Source: Octopus sinensis (Eukaryota). From it: DNA of 64,000 bases. Below the pieces are notes generated by a model, which was given only the letters and a program-made list of their open reading frames with translations, ran no database searches and was not told the DNA's origin. The stretch is from assembly GCF_006345805.1 (NCBI RefSeq), contig NC_043002.1, positions 8,680,001 to 8,744,000 of the forward strand, read 5' to 3'. This document shows positions 12,456-23,045 of this stretch, one piece after another. Made by a program: the position numbers and the translations under genes. Each line of letters opens with the position of its first letter. Positions within the stretch are counted from its first letter, which is position 1.

Positions 12456-12787
12456 TATGCATATATTGGTAGACCACATCAAACCTACATAAAGCAACTA
12501 AGTGAGGACTCTGAATGCACCTGAGAAAACCTACCCGTTCAGTGGACTAAACAGACCAGAGAGAACATGCCACAGTGATACCTGTAATAAGCATGACTGG
12601 ATGATTAACTGAACACAATTTTAGAATCAAAAGTGCTGGCTTATTTGCAAGAAGCATTTTTTTTTAGCTTTTTATATGAAACTGTTCATGTGTATTTCCA
12701 CTGACTTGGGTCAAATAATTTCCACAGGCAGCATCCACCATTATATGCTGCATGGTGAGAAATGAAATTAATCTGCCATAATGTTAG

Positions 12788-12910
12788 AGTACAATTCTAA
12801 AAATTACTTTTGATATGTATCCTGTATTTGTGAAGTATGAAGAAGAAAGAATTATTAAATATGACGAAATTAAAGAATTCAGACAATGGACTCATCTCAG
12901 TAAATTTAAG
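12788..12910 (+). CDS. Candidate coding exon (41 codons, phase 0-0), unidentified
   Basis: ag|...|gtaggt; open frame STILKITFDMYPVFVKYEEERIIKYDEIKEFRQWTHLSKFK in non-repeat DNA; acceptor weak. Confidence 0.2.
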
Positions 12911-13085
12911 GTAGGTTTTTCTGTCAATAGCAATATTTATCCAGAAATATATTAAAAATGCTTCTGTATCAACAATATCATCACAGCAAAATAATCAATA
13001 TTAATATTAAATTTTGTACGAGAACATTTTCAGATTTTTACCTTAAGTAAATAAAAAAAACATATATATATACATAGATATATAC

Positions 13086-14277
13086 ATCATCATTATCATC
13101 GTTTAACGTCCATTTTCCATGCTAGCACAGGTTGGACGGTTCGACTGGGGTCTGGGAAGCCAGGAGGCTGCACCTGGCTCCAATCTGATCTGGCAGTGTT
13201 TCTACAGCTGGATGCCCTTCCTAACGCCAACCACTCCGTGAGTATAGTGGGTGCTTTTTACGTGCCACCGCCACAGGTATCACAACTACAATTTCCATTT
13301 GATATTTATTTTGACGTTGATGTACTTAACTCAATAGGCCTCCTCAAGCTCAGAAGGTCACCCTATGATCCAAGGTAAGCACAGCAGGTCATTCTGCAAT
13401 CCAAGGTACTTTGGATGGGCTGGGGCTATGCGAAACTGGTGCAGGAAACCGCCATGAACTCACATTATTTGCCAGGTCTTTGCAGTCACAGCATATCTCC
13501 AGAGATCTCGGTCTTTCGTCATAGCCTCTGTGAGGCTCAAAGTACAATGGTCATGCTTGACCACCTCATCCCATGTCTTCCTGGGTCTACCTCTACCCTG
13601 GATTCCTTCAACAGTTTGGGAGTGGCACTTCTTCACACATCTCTCCTCATCCATCCGCAGTACGTGACCGTACTAACGCAATCGTTTCTCCTGCACACTG
13701 CATCCAATGCTTCTTAAGCCCAACATTTCTCTCAGGATGCTTACACTCTGTTGTGCATGGACACTGACATTACACATCCAGCAGATCATGCTAGCTTCAC
13801 TTCTTTCAAGCCTATGCATGTCCTCTGCAGTCACAGCCCATGTTTCACTATTGTGAAGTATGGCAGTTCACACACATGCATCATACAATCTACCTTTCAC
13901 TCTGAGCGAGAGACCCTTTGTCACCAGTAGGGGTAGGAGCTTTCTAAACTTTGCCCAGGCTATTCGTACTCTAGTGGTGACATTCTCTGAGCATCCACCT
14001 CCACTACTAACTTGGTCACCTAGGTAGCGGAAACTATCAACTACTTCTAGTTTCTCCCCCTGGAGTGTAATGGAATCTGTTTTCTGAGTATCTGTGGTGT
14101 CTATTGCCCCTGTGCATCTGCCGCACACGAATGCTATCTTCTCAGTTAATTTTCCTTTGATGTTGCTATGCATCCATAGCTTACACTGGGTACATCTTAT
14201 GGAGTTTCTACCTATACCTTTTCTACAGAGCGGTGTTGGTAGAAACTCCATAAGATGTACCCAGTGTAAGCTATGGA
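13086..14277 (-). mobile_element. 5'-truncated RTE-b LINE: PHD-like finger, ORF2 C-terminus, 3' UTR and family A tail in one piece
   Basis: ORF 13868-14377 '[20 protein letters not shown]...FVCGRC...LEVVDSFRYLG', ORF 13460-13654 'GRGRPRKTWDEVVKHD...DRDLWR', then continuous into the family A terminus. Confidence 0.9.
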
Positions 14278-14325
14278 CGTATACATATATATACATACAC
14301 ACACACACACACATATATACATATA

Positions 14326-14430
14326 GGGAGAGTTTACGAAAAAAACAAAAGACGAAGACAGGTGGTGTACAAAACAAACAGATGTATTAGTATAACGCTC
14401 AGAAATAGGAAAAAGTCTTTTACATTTCAA
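14326..14430 (-). mobile_element. Penelope-like repeat family D, partial
   Basis: ggagagtttacgaaaaaaacaaaagacgaagacaggtggtgtacaaaac... shared with 27686, 32113, 56030, 60430. Confidence 0.6.
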
Positions 14431-14661
14431 GATATATACATATATATATATATACACACACACATAGATATATACATATACATAGATATATACACATATA
14501 TATATATAGATATATACATATACACATACATATACACATACACATATATATACATAGATATATACATATATATATATACATAGATATATATACATAGATA
14601 TAGACATATATATACATACATAGACATAGATATATATACATAGATATATACATAGATATAT

Positions 14662-14694
<33 letters not shown>

Positions 14695-14695
14695 A
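14430..14695. repeat. (TA)n/(CA)n/(TAGA) compound microsatellite
   Basis: Low-complexity run. Confidence 0.95.
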
Positions 14696-15158
14696 CAAAA
14701 GTCAATGTTTATAATAGGCAGATATTTAATAATACCTTGTAATATTGAACGTTATAGCTTGATTCTCATTAAATTCCTTATATTACATTTGCTAAATAGA
14801 TATTTATCTCTGGAACACAAATTCATTTTTCAAATAAGATTTCTTTTGTCCTAAATTTTTATCTTTATTTTCATGCTTTTCACCAAAAAGTATCCAACAA
14901 GCTTTTCCATTCAGATATTTCTAACTTCCTTTCCTGTTTGATTATTCAGTAGAATTTTTTTTTTCCGTGGAATTCATTACAAAACAGTTTCATGCTTAGG
15001 ATTAAATAACTTGCCCTTTTAAAATTAAATATTAAAAAATAAAATATAAGCTGGTTGATATTTTCTGAATGTATAATAAGGCAGCCATAAGTGTTGGTAT
15101 TTCTAATGTTCTAGATGACTTCAAATCTTGTGTTTTGTTTCATTTTTCTCTTTTACAG

Positions 15159-15197
15159 AAGATGATTCCTTGATGAATCAGAAAATGTTTGATTAAA
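15159..15197 (+). other. Candidate 39-nt exon (terminal coding or non-coding)
   Basis: gtgttttgtttcatttttctcttttacag|...|gtaagt, near-consensus sites; all frames contain a stop (longest: xDDSLMNQKMFD*). Confidence 0.25.
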
Positions 15198-15414
15198 GTA
15201 AGTATTAACATACTAAATGTGGCAAGCAAGAAAACTTTTATTCTTAAGACCTCCTGCACTGAGCAGATGTAAACACTGAGCCAAAGCTTAAAATTGTCCA
15301 AGACAAGAAGGACTGACACCAAAATCTTAATTAATTAAAATTGTAAAATTAGTATGCAGTGGGAGAGGGAAGGGGGTTTCGTCTGAACAGTGGCAATTCT
15401 TTTTCTTTTTTTTT

Positions 15415-15750
15415 TTTTTACTTGTTTCAGTTATTTGACTGCGGCCATGCTGGAGCACTGCCTTTAGTCGAGCAAATCGACCCCGAGACTTATTCTTTGT
15501 AAGCCCAGTACTTATTCTATCGGTCTCTTTTGCCGAACCGCTAAGTGACGGGGACGTAAACACACCAGCATCGGTTGTCAAGCAATGCTAGGGGGACAAA
15601 CACACAAACACACAAACACATACATATATATATACATATATGCGACGGGCTTCTTTGAGTTTCCATCTACCAAATCCACTCACAAGGCATTGGTCGGCCC
15701 GGGGCTATAGCGGAAGACACTTGCCCAAGATGCCACGCAGTGGGACTGGA
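15415..15750 (-). mobile_element. SINE family B, head partly truncated
   Basis: Reverse complement of 1430-1775. Confidence 0.85.
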
Positions 15751-16100
15751 TATGTTTCGGCCTCATTAGACTTCCTCGGTAAAGCAGTCTTATCATACCT
15801 ACTGGATCGGTAATGAAAGTATTACTGTATGTGTGCACAGTCATGTGCATGTATATGGAAGTGAAATAATTTTGAGGTTTTCTTCCATTTGTTGATTGTC
15901 AAAGGGACGGTTGATCCTAGGTGAGGAAACATAAGATTGTAGGCTATTGTAGGCTAGCTGTGACTCATTCCAGGCAAAGGAATGGGTTTAGTCAATTTAG
16001 AAAGTAGATGCTAATAATATGCAAGAGATTTGGTCACTAATTCTAACAGATCAAGCAACTGCAAAGAGACTTCTCTGTTGGTGTGCCAGTTGAAAGTAAA

Positions 16101-16347
16101 ATCATCATCATTTAACGTCCGTTTTCCGTGCTAGCATGGGTTGGATGGTTCAACCGGGGTCTGGGAAGCCAGGAGGCTACCCCAGGCTCCAGTCTGATCT
16201 AGCAGTGTTTCTACAGCTGGATGCCCTTCCTAACGCCAACCACTCCAAGAGTGTAGTGGGTGTTTTTTACGTGCCACCGGCACAGGGGCCAGAGCAGGCT
16301 GGCAGTGGCCACGATCGGTTGGTGCTTTTTACGTGCCACCGGCACAG
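16101..16347 (-). mobile_element. Family A copy
   Basis: Terminal core plus about two hairpin modules. Confidence 0.9.
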
Positions 16348-16503
16348 ATGTACACCGGAAATTAAAACTATATAAAAATTGGTTAGTGTTGGAGAAATCA
16401 ATGTCTAATTTGAAAAGATGAAGTAATGAATTTTACAGATAATTAAAATGTGAAAGGAATAAAAATGGAGAGTTATTGTTGATTTATGTCATTTGATTTA
16501 TAG

Positions 16504-16586
16504 TTTTGTGGAAAACAATAATGTGTTAATGACAGGAAATGGAAAGACAGGTGCAGTGACAAAGACAGGTGCAGTGACAAAGACAG
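16504..16586 (+). other. Candidate 83-nt exon with internal 18-bp repeat
   Basis: tttgatttatag|...AAGACAG|gtgagt; open frame FVENNNVLMTGNGKTGAVTKTGAVTKT. Confidence 0.2.
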
Positions 16587-16829
16587 GTGAGTTTAGAAGA
16601 GTAGCAGCAGTTCTTGAATTTAAAAGAAGAAAAATAGAAACTATGAACCTAATTAAGGATCATTTTATAAAAAGGTTATCTATTCATCCAATAATTACTT
16701 TCAAATTCAAGAGAAATATGCAACTAATGAAGTTTATGTTTCATATGAAAAATAGCGGACAGATACAAATTGTCTGTGTAACATGGTTTTAATAAAGAAG
16801 GATTACACATATTATTAGGGCCTAACTAT

Positions 16830-17255
16830 ATCATCATCATCATCATTTAACGTCCGCCTTCCATGCTAGCATGGGTTGGACAATTTTGACTGAGGGCTGG
16901 CGACCCAGATGACTGCACCAGGCTCCAATCTTGATTTGGCAGAGTTTCTACAGCTGGATGCCCTTCCTAACGCCAACCACTCCGAGAGTGTAGTGGGTGC
17001 TTTTTACGTGCCACCGGCACGGGGGCCACTCACGCGGTACTAGCAATGACCCCACTTGAATCTTTTTACACATGCCACCAGCACAGGTGCCAAGAAGGCG
17101 ATGTTGGTAACGATCACACTCGAATGGTGCCCTTTTATGTGCCACTGGCATGGAAGCCGGTTAGCCACTCTGTCAACAAACACGCTCGTATCGTGCTCTT
17201 TGCACCCCGCTAGTACGGATGCCAGTCATTGAATGTGATTTTGATTTCACTTGCC
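16830..17255 (-). mobile_element. Family A copy
   Basis: Terminal core plus several modules. Confidence 0.9.
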
Positions 17256-17674
17256 TAATAAAAGCTACTAAGGACTGTAAAGAGTTACTTCAAGTCAGAA
17301 CAGAAATGGAATTGATCTGTCCAGAGAAACAGAAGACACTGAAGAATTAATAGCCAGTGTATGATTCAGAACAATATATTTTCACTCTGAACAACATCAA
17401 AACTAGCGGATTGCAACAATTTCTATAAGCTAGAATCTAATGATAAATAGAGAATGAAGAAGATGTGAATTATAGATTGAAATAATTGTTACAACTGTAT
17501 CACTTCACTTTGAAAAGTGAAGGACAATATTTTATGATTTTCGTTGCTAGAAAATAATTTCCCACTAACAACTGAGTAGGCATTAGGCACAGTAGACAGT
17601 CAAATGGACTTGATTAGCTTTCCTAAAACTGTCTATCCCATATTTAATGATTGTTAATATTGACTTACAGTTAA

Positions 17675-17987
17675 GTGGAGGCACATGGCCTAGTGGTTAG
17701 AGCAGCAGACTCACAGTCGAGGGATTGTGGGTTCGAATCTCAGACCAGGCGATGTATGTGTTTATGAGCGAAAACACCTAAGCTCCACGCGGCTCCGGCA
17801 GAAGGTAATGGCAAACTTCTGCTGACTCTTTCGCCACAACTTTCTCTCACTCTTTCCCCCTGCATCTTGCAGCTCACCTGCGACGGACCAGCGTCCCATC
17901 CAGATGGGGAACCTATATGCCAATGAAACTGGGAAACCGGCTCTTATGAGCCAGGCATGGCTTAAGAAATAACAAACAAAAAACAAC
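17675..17987 (+). mobile_element. tRNA-derived SINE family F, tail type 1, with TSD
   Basis: Head gtggaggcacatggcctagtggttagagcagc...ggttcgaatc; TSD acttacagttaa at 17663-17674 and 17986-17997; resembles the tRNA-Arg-derived octopus OR SINEs (from memory). Confidence 0.85.
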
Positions 17988-18182
17988 TTACAGTTAAGGA
18001 GTTTTCCACCATTCTGCTACCAAAATTACCTTTTAATTAACTGAATTTCCCCATATACTCTAAGCTTTTGAAAAGTCTGTTTACTCAGTAAATTTTGAAT
18101 CCAGCTGATGGGTCCTCAGTATTATTTTTGTCAACCTCCAGGAATCAACAAAAGCAGTACTGGAAATCCATGAATTGAGATT

Positions 18183-18936
18183 GAGGTGGAAGAGGTGGTG
18201 AAGCACGACCTTCGGACGTTAGGTCTCACCATGGAAATGACTAGAGACCGAGACCTATGGAAGTATGCTGTGCGTGAGAAGACCCGGCAAGACTAGTGAA
18301 GCCATAATCCGTGGCCCCTACCTGGGACGTAGTCAGTCCACCTGTGCATACCTTCCTTCGTGACACTTGTGAAGACCTGTTGAGACAAGTGAGAATCGAA
18401 TCGAATCAAATCAAATCAAATCGAATCGAACCAAATCAAAATAGATGAACATCAATGGAATTTGTATCCTTGTGGTACCAGTGCCGGTGGCACATAAGAA
18501 AACCATCCGAACGTGATCGTAGCCAGTACCGCAACGACTGGCCTCCGTGCTGAGGGCACGTAACAAACACCATCCGAGCGTGGCCATCCGCCAGCCCCGT
18601 CTGGCACCTGTGTCGGTGACACATAAGAAAACACCATCCGAGCGTGGCCGTCAGCCAGCCTCGTCTGGCACCTGTGTCGGTGGCACATAAAAAACACCAT
18701 CCGAGCGTGGCCGTCTGCCAGCCTCGTCTGGCACCTGTGTCGGTGGCACATAAAATCACCCACTACACTCTCGGAGTGGTTGGCGTTAGGAAGGGCATCC
18801 AGCTGTAGAAACACTGCCAGATCTGACTGGCCTGGTGCAGCCTTCGGGCTTGCCAGACCCCAGTTGAACCGTCCAACCCATGCTAGCATGGAAAGCGGAC
18901 GTTAAACGATGATGATGATGATGATGATGATGATGA
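18183..18936 (+). mobile_element. 5'-truncated RTE-b: ORF2 end, 3' UTR, ~63-bp modules and (GAT)n tail
   Basis: 'WKRW/EEVVKHDLRTLGLTMEMTRDRDLWKYAVREKTRQD*' followed in cis by family A. Confidence 0.9.
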
Positions 18937-19014
18937 AATACTGAGTTAAAACTTAAAAACAATTACTATTTTAAAGACAATAAGCTTTTATTGAGCTTAT
19001 TTATGCAGCTACTA

Positions 19015-19278
19015 CATCATCATCATCATCATCATTTAGCGTCCACTTTCCTTGCTAGCATGGGTTGGACAGTTCAACTGGGGTCTGGGAAGCCAGAAGG
19101 CTGCACCAGGCCCAGTCTGATCTGGCAGTGTTTCTACATGGATGCCCTTCCTAACACCAACCACTCCGTGAGTGTAGTGGATGCTTTTTACGTGCCACCG
19201 GCACAGAGGACAGCCGAGGCTGGCAACGGCCACGATCGGATGGTGCTTTATACATGCCACTGGCACGGAGGCCCGTCA
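19015..19278 (-). mobile_element. Family A copy
   Basis: Terminal core plus module. Confidence 0.9.
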
Positions 19279-19858
19279 TATAATTTAATTTAGATAGAAG
19301 GACATAAAGGGAAGTATGTTGGACTAAATACATTAAACTCATAAAACCCTCATTTAGGTTTAGTAGAATCCATTTTGTCACATGTACCTTGTCTGAGGAT
19401 AATATCTTGATGTACTACAATAACCTATAAGCCATGATCAATTCCTTTTATTCTCACAACAACCCCTTCATAAAAATCACAGGTGCTTTCCTATCTCCCT
19501 TCACTAACCCATAAAAATTAGAATTTAAGTTTTGCCCTTTTTTGCTCAGAGTTCAAATCCTATTGGATTTGTCTGTCTGTCTGTCTGTCTCCCCCCATCC
19601 ACTCAGGTCAATAAAATAAGTGTCAAACATGAACTTTTAACTAAACATGACAAATGTATAGCAATATAATAGAAAACAGAATGGTAGAAATATTATAGTG
19701 GAACAGGGGGCTAATTGAATTTAGTTTGGTCCCTTCTCCACAAGGGGTTCTTAAATACTATGTTGTGGTGAAATATAGGCAGGCTATGAATTTTCAAAAA
19801 ATATAATTTTAAAATCTGGTATATGCATTTGAGGCAGTATTAAATCAAAATAGCCATC

Positions 19859-20629
19859 TATGTATCATATCTAAAGTATACACACTATTGATAAGCCAGT
19901 TACTGTGGCCTTTATTCTGAGATAATATCTCTTTTGGATGTGTTATGCTAAAAACTAAATATCAGAGAGATTAAAATATCTCCTAGTAATAACCAGCAAG
20001 AACACCAGATACAGTTTGGCATTTTTGGCTTTTTCAATGGGCCTTACTCACAGCCAACCACATTTTCAGGCAAGAATTGATCACTTCCGATATAGAAGGA
20101 AATCAATAAAACATTCACTGATGTTGTATGACTCAATTGTCCATCCTGGGTATTTATTCATAAAAAGCACCCACTACACTCTTGGACTGGTTGGCGTTAG
20201 GAAGGGCATCTAGCTGTAGAAACTCTGCCAGATCAAGATTGGGGCCTGGTGCAGCCATCTGGTTTGCCAGCCCTCAGTCAAAATCGTCCAACCCATGCTA
20301 GCATGGAAAGCGGACATTAAACGATGATGATGATGATGATGAAGTGGCTATTTGCAACATCAATGAATGTTTTAATCACTCTTTCCTATATTAGAGGTGA
20401 CAAATTTTTGTCTGAGAATGTGACTGGCTGTGAGCAAATGCCACTGAAAAGACTGAGAAGGCTGAAATGCATCTGGTGTTCTGCCGGGCCACTGCTGGAA
20501 TGAATTTTCATCTCTCTTGTATATTTATTGAGCTTTTTAACAGAGTGCATCCATAAGAGATATTATCTTAGGATTGATACAGCAATGACTGACTTATTAA
20601 CAGTGTGTATGCATTTAGTATGATACATA
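19859..20629. repeat. Long diverged inverted repeat (arms 19859-20126 and 20355-20629)
   Basis: Colinear reverse-complement similarity over ~270 bp, e.g. catccataagagatattatcttagga vs catccaaaagagatattatctcagaa. Confidence 0.75.
20159..20343 (+). mobile_element. Family A copy (terminal core only)
   Basis: aagcacccactacactc...ggacattaaacgatgatgatg. Confidence 0.9.
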
Positions 20630-20940
20630 TCATCATCATCGTTTAACGTCCGTTTTCTGCGCTAGCACGGGTTGGACGGTTCGACCGAGGTCTGGGAAGC
20701 CAGGGGCTGCACCAGGCTCCAGTCTGATCTGGCAGTGTTTCTACAGCTGGATGCCCTTCCTAACGCCAACCACTCCGCGAGTGTAGTGGGTGCTTTTTAC
20801 GTGCCACCGGCACAGGTGCCAGGGGAGTCTGGCATCAGCCACGATCAGTTGGTGCTTTTAACGTTCCACCGGCATGGAAGCCAGCCAAGGCGGCGCTGGC
20901 ATCGGCCACGTTCGGATGGTGCTTTTTATGTGCCACGGCT
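20630..20940 (-). mobile_element. Family A copy
   Basis: Core plus two modules. Confidence 0.9.
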
Positions 20941-21150
20941 ATATATTTGTATATCAGGTTTCTGAAAATCTACATTAATGCTTGAGTGTCTTGAAAAATT
21001 TGCCTATTGGGTCATCTACACAATACTAATTGTACTAGAAAATTAGTAAATCTTCCACATAATATTAGCTTGATGTACTACAATTAGCTAATTGTTAATC
21101 TTCCCCATAATACTAGTTAATAAGTAGATCTTCCAAGCACTACTAACTAT

Positions 21151-21483
21151 CTGGCCTCTGTGCCGGTGGCACGTAAAAGGGCACCATTTAAGCGTGATCG
21201 TTACCAACATCGCCTTAGTGGCACCTGTGCCGGTGGCATGTGTAAAAAGATTTGAGCGAGGTCATTGCCAGTACCGCTTGACTGGCCCCCATGCCGGTGG
21301 CACATAAAAAGCACCCACTACACTCTCAGAGTGGTTGGCGTTAGGAAGGGCATCCAGCTGTAGAAACTCTGCCAGATCAAGATTGAAGGCTGGTGCAGCC
21401 ATCTGGTTTGCCAGCCCTCAGTCAAAATCGTCCAACCCATGCTAGCATGGAAGGTGGACGTTAAACAATGATGATGATGATGA
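21151..21483 (+). mobile_element. Family A copy
   Basis: Modules, core and (GAT)n. Confidence 0.9.
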
Positions 21484-22003
21484 CAGCTAACACATACTCA
21501 CACACACAAATTCACTTACAATAACACATACAAACAGGAAATAAACAGCATTAAAGTAGTAAATACTAAATAATATGAATGATAATAATGGTTTCAACTT
21601 GAGTTCTCCAAGACAGTGACCTACCTGTGTGGCTGCTGTCTAATGACTGAAACCAGTAAAAGATAAAAGATATACCTCCCCAGCACATAGCTCTTGATGC
21701 ATCCTCTCTTCCACCCTACCCATTCTGGCAGGCTGAATCCTGCACCCCATTCACCTTCCCATACAATCTTACTTACTCCCCACCCCCACTCACTGCTAAT
21801 CAGATTGTGCTTTGTGAGACTACCTGGGTATCTTATCACTATTATCTATGTCTTGCCCCTCTCCTCCCTTTCTTTAGGAATCTACTTTCCTCCCATAGTT
21901 CAATCCCTTTCTTCTCTAGCATGAATCTGACCCTGCCCCTCCATCCAAGGGCTCATAGTCTAGCGAACAGCACAGTGATCTCAATAGTGCAAGTAGCATC
22001 AAT

Positions 22004-22408
22004 GGATCTTTTTGGTTTTTTAACATAATTTCTAGGTAACTAAACACTTTTAAACTTCGTATACTGGTAGAATGTGTTTATAAAGCATCTTTTACTCTTG
22101 GCTTTATTGAGAAAATTCTATGGTTTGTAAGATATTTGTTGTTTTTTCTTCAATTTCTGCAATTTCAACCAATCAATGACGTCTATCGAGGTAAAAAACA
22201 TTCTGTGCCGTATGAATATGTCCCCCATTTAAGAAACAGATAGGGTTTATTTATATTTCTGAAGAAAAAAAGATACCCTTCCCCCCACTCCTAACCCTAA
22301 CCCTAAAACAGATTGAAATGCAATAGATCGATACTTGGGTCATAATTATGGGTGACAATTTCATATGACACCACTAGAAAAAAACTGCCTTTCAAACCAA
22401 AAAGATCT
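22004..22408. mobile_element. Non-autonomous DNA transposon with 15-bp TIR and 8-bp TSD (Merlin- or hAT-like)
   Basis: gcatcaat|GGATCTTTTTGGTTT...AAACCAAAAAGATCT|gcatcaat (TSD 21996-22003 and 22409-22416). Confidence 0.8.
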
Positions 22409-22416
22409 GCATCAAT

Positions 22417-22604
22417 TAGCATAAGAAAAGCATCCGGTCTATGCTGCAAAGGGATCGGTGTTAGGAAGGGGGCATCCAACTGTGGAAACTATGCCGAAGC
22501 AGACACTGGAGCTTGATGCAGTCCTTGGACTTGCTGGTTCCTGTCAAATCATCCAAACCATGCCAGTATGGAACACGGACATTAGATGATGATGATGATG
22601 ATGG
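22417..22604 (+). mobile_element. Diverged family A terminus
   Basis: ttaggaagggggcatccaactgtggaaac...cggacattagatgatgatg. Confidence 0.75.
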
Positions 22605-22815
22605 TAGTGGGGAAGTTTCTAACATGCATACCACTCAGAGAAAAGAAAAAAAAGGGGATAAGTAGGGAAGGAAGGAAGGAATAATGTGTGAAGGAGAAAA
22701 AGGGAAAATACACAGATAAAAGACAGAGAGAGAGAAAAAGTGAGAGAAGGAAGTAAGGCATGATGACAGTAGCAGCAATAAATTTAAGATGTATTTATCC
22801 CATCTAGTGTCTTAC

Positions 22816-22877
22816 GTGAAAATAATGATCTCTGTCTACCAGAGGAAATCCATTATTTAGCAATACTTGTCACCGTT
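22816..22877 (-). other. Candidate 62-nt exon
   Basis: tttactatttttcattcag|AACGGTGAC...TTTTCAC|gtaaga; strong sites; stops in all frames (phase 0 gives NGDKYC*). Confidence 0.2.
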
Positions 22878-23045
22878 CTGAATGAAAAATAGTAAAACCA
22901 GACAAATATTCCCAATTCCATGAATACAAAAAATAAAACGCTAAAAGAACCCAGCTGAAAACAAATAACTATATATGCCATTTTATATTATCTACAGCTA
23001 TCTCCAGTTGTTAATAATCTCTTTCTGTTATTGTTTAACAATGTA

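Larger units (their letters stand above)
9210..12620 (+). mobile_element. Decayed RTE-clade LINE lineage a (end of EN, RT, C-terminus) with three nested insertions
   Basis: 'LDYIFINKKW...SDHR', 'RGITLTVISAKVYKSILL', 'VLVVDFSRAF', 'DADYTDD', 'RPHQTYIKQL'; many stops; no PHD-like insert. Confidence 0.8.

Noticed and set aside
17675-17755. tRNA gene calls for SINE heads (also 1382, 28700, 34908)
   Set aside because: A/B boxes are present but stems are incomplete and each continues into a repeat body and tail
18490-18760. Family A modules as twister or HDV-like ribozymes
   Set aside because: I could not map the conserved catalytic residues or the required pseudoknots by eye; a covariance-model search is needed
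22291-22306. Interstitial telomeric repeat
   Set aside because: Only about 2.5 CCCTAA units, inside a TIR element
22816-22877. In-frame TGA read as selenocysteine (xR-U-QVLLNNGFPLVDRDHYFH)
   Set aside because: No match to selenoprotein motifs I know and no SECIS identified
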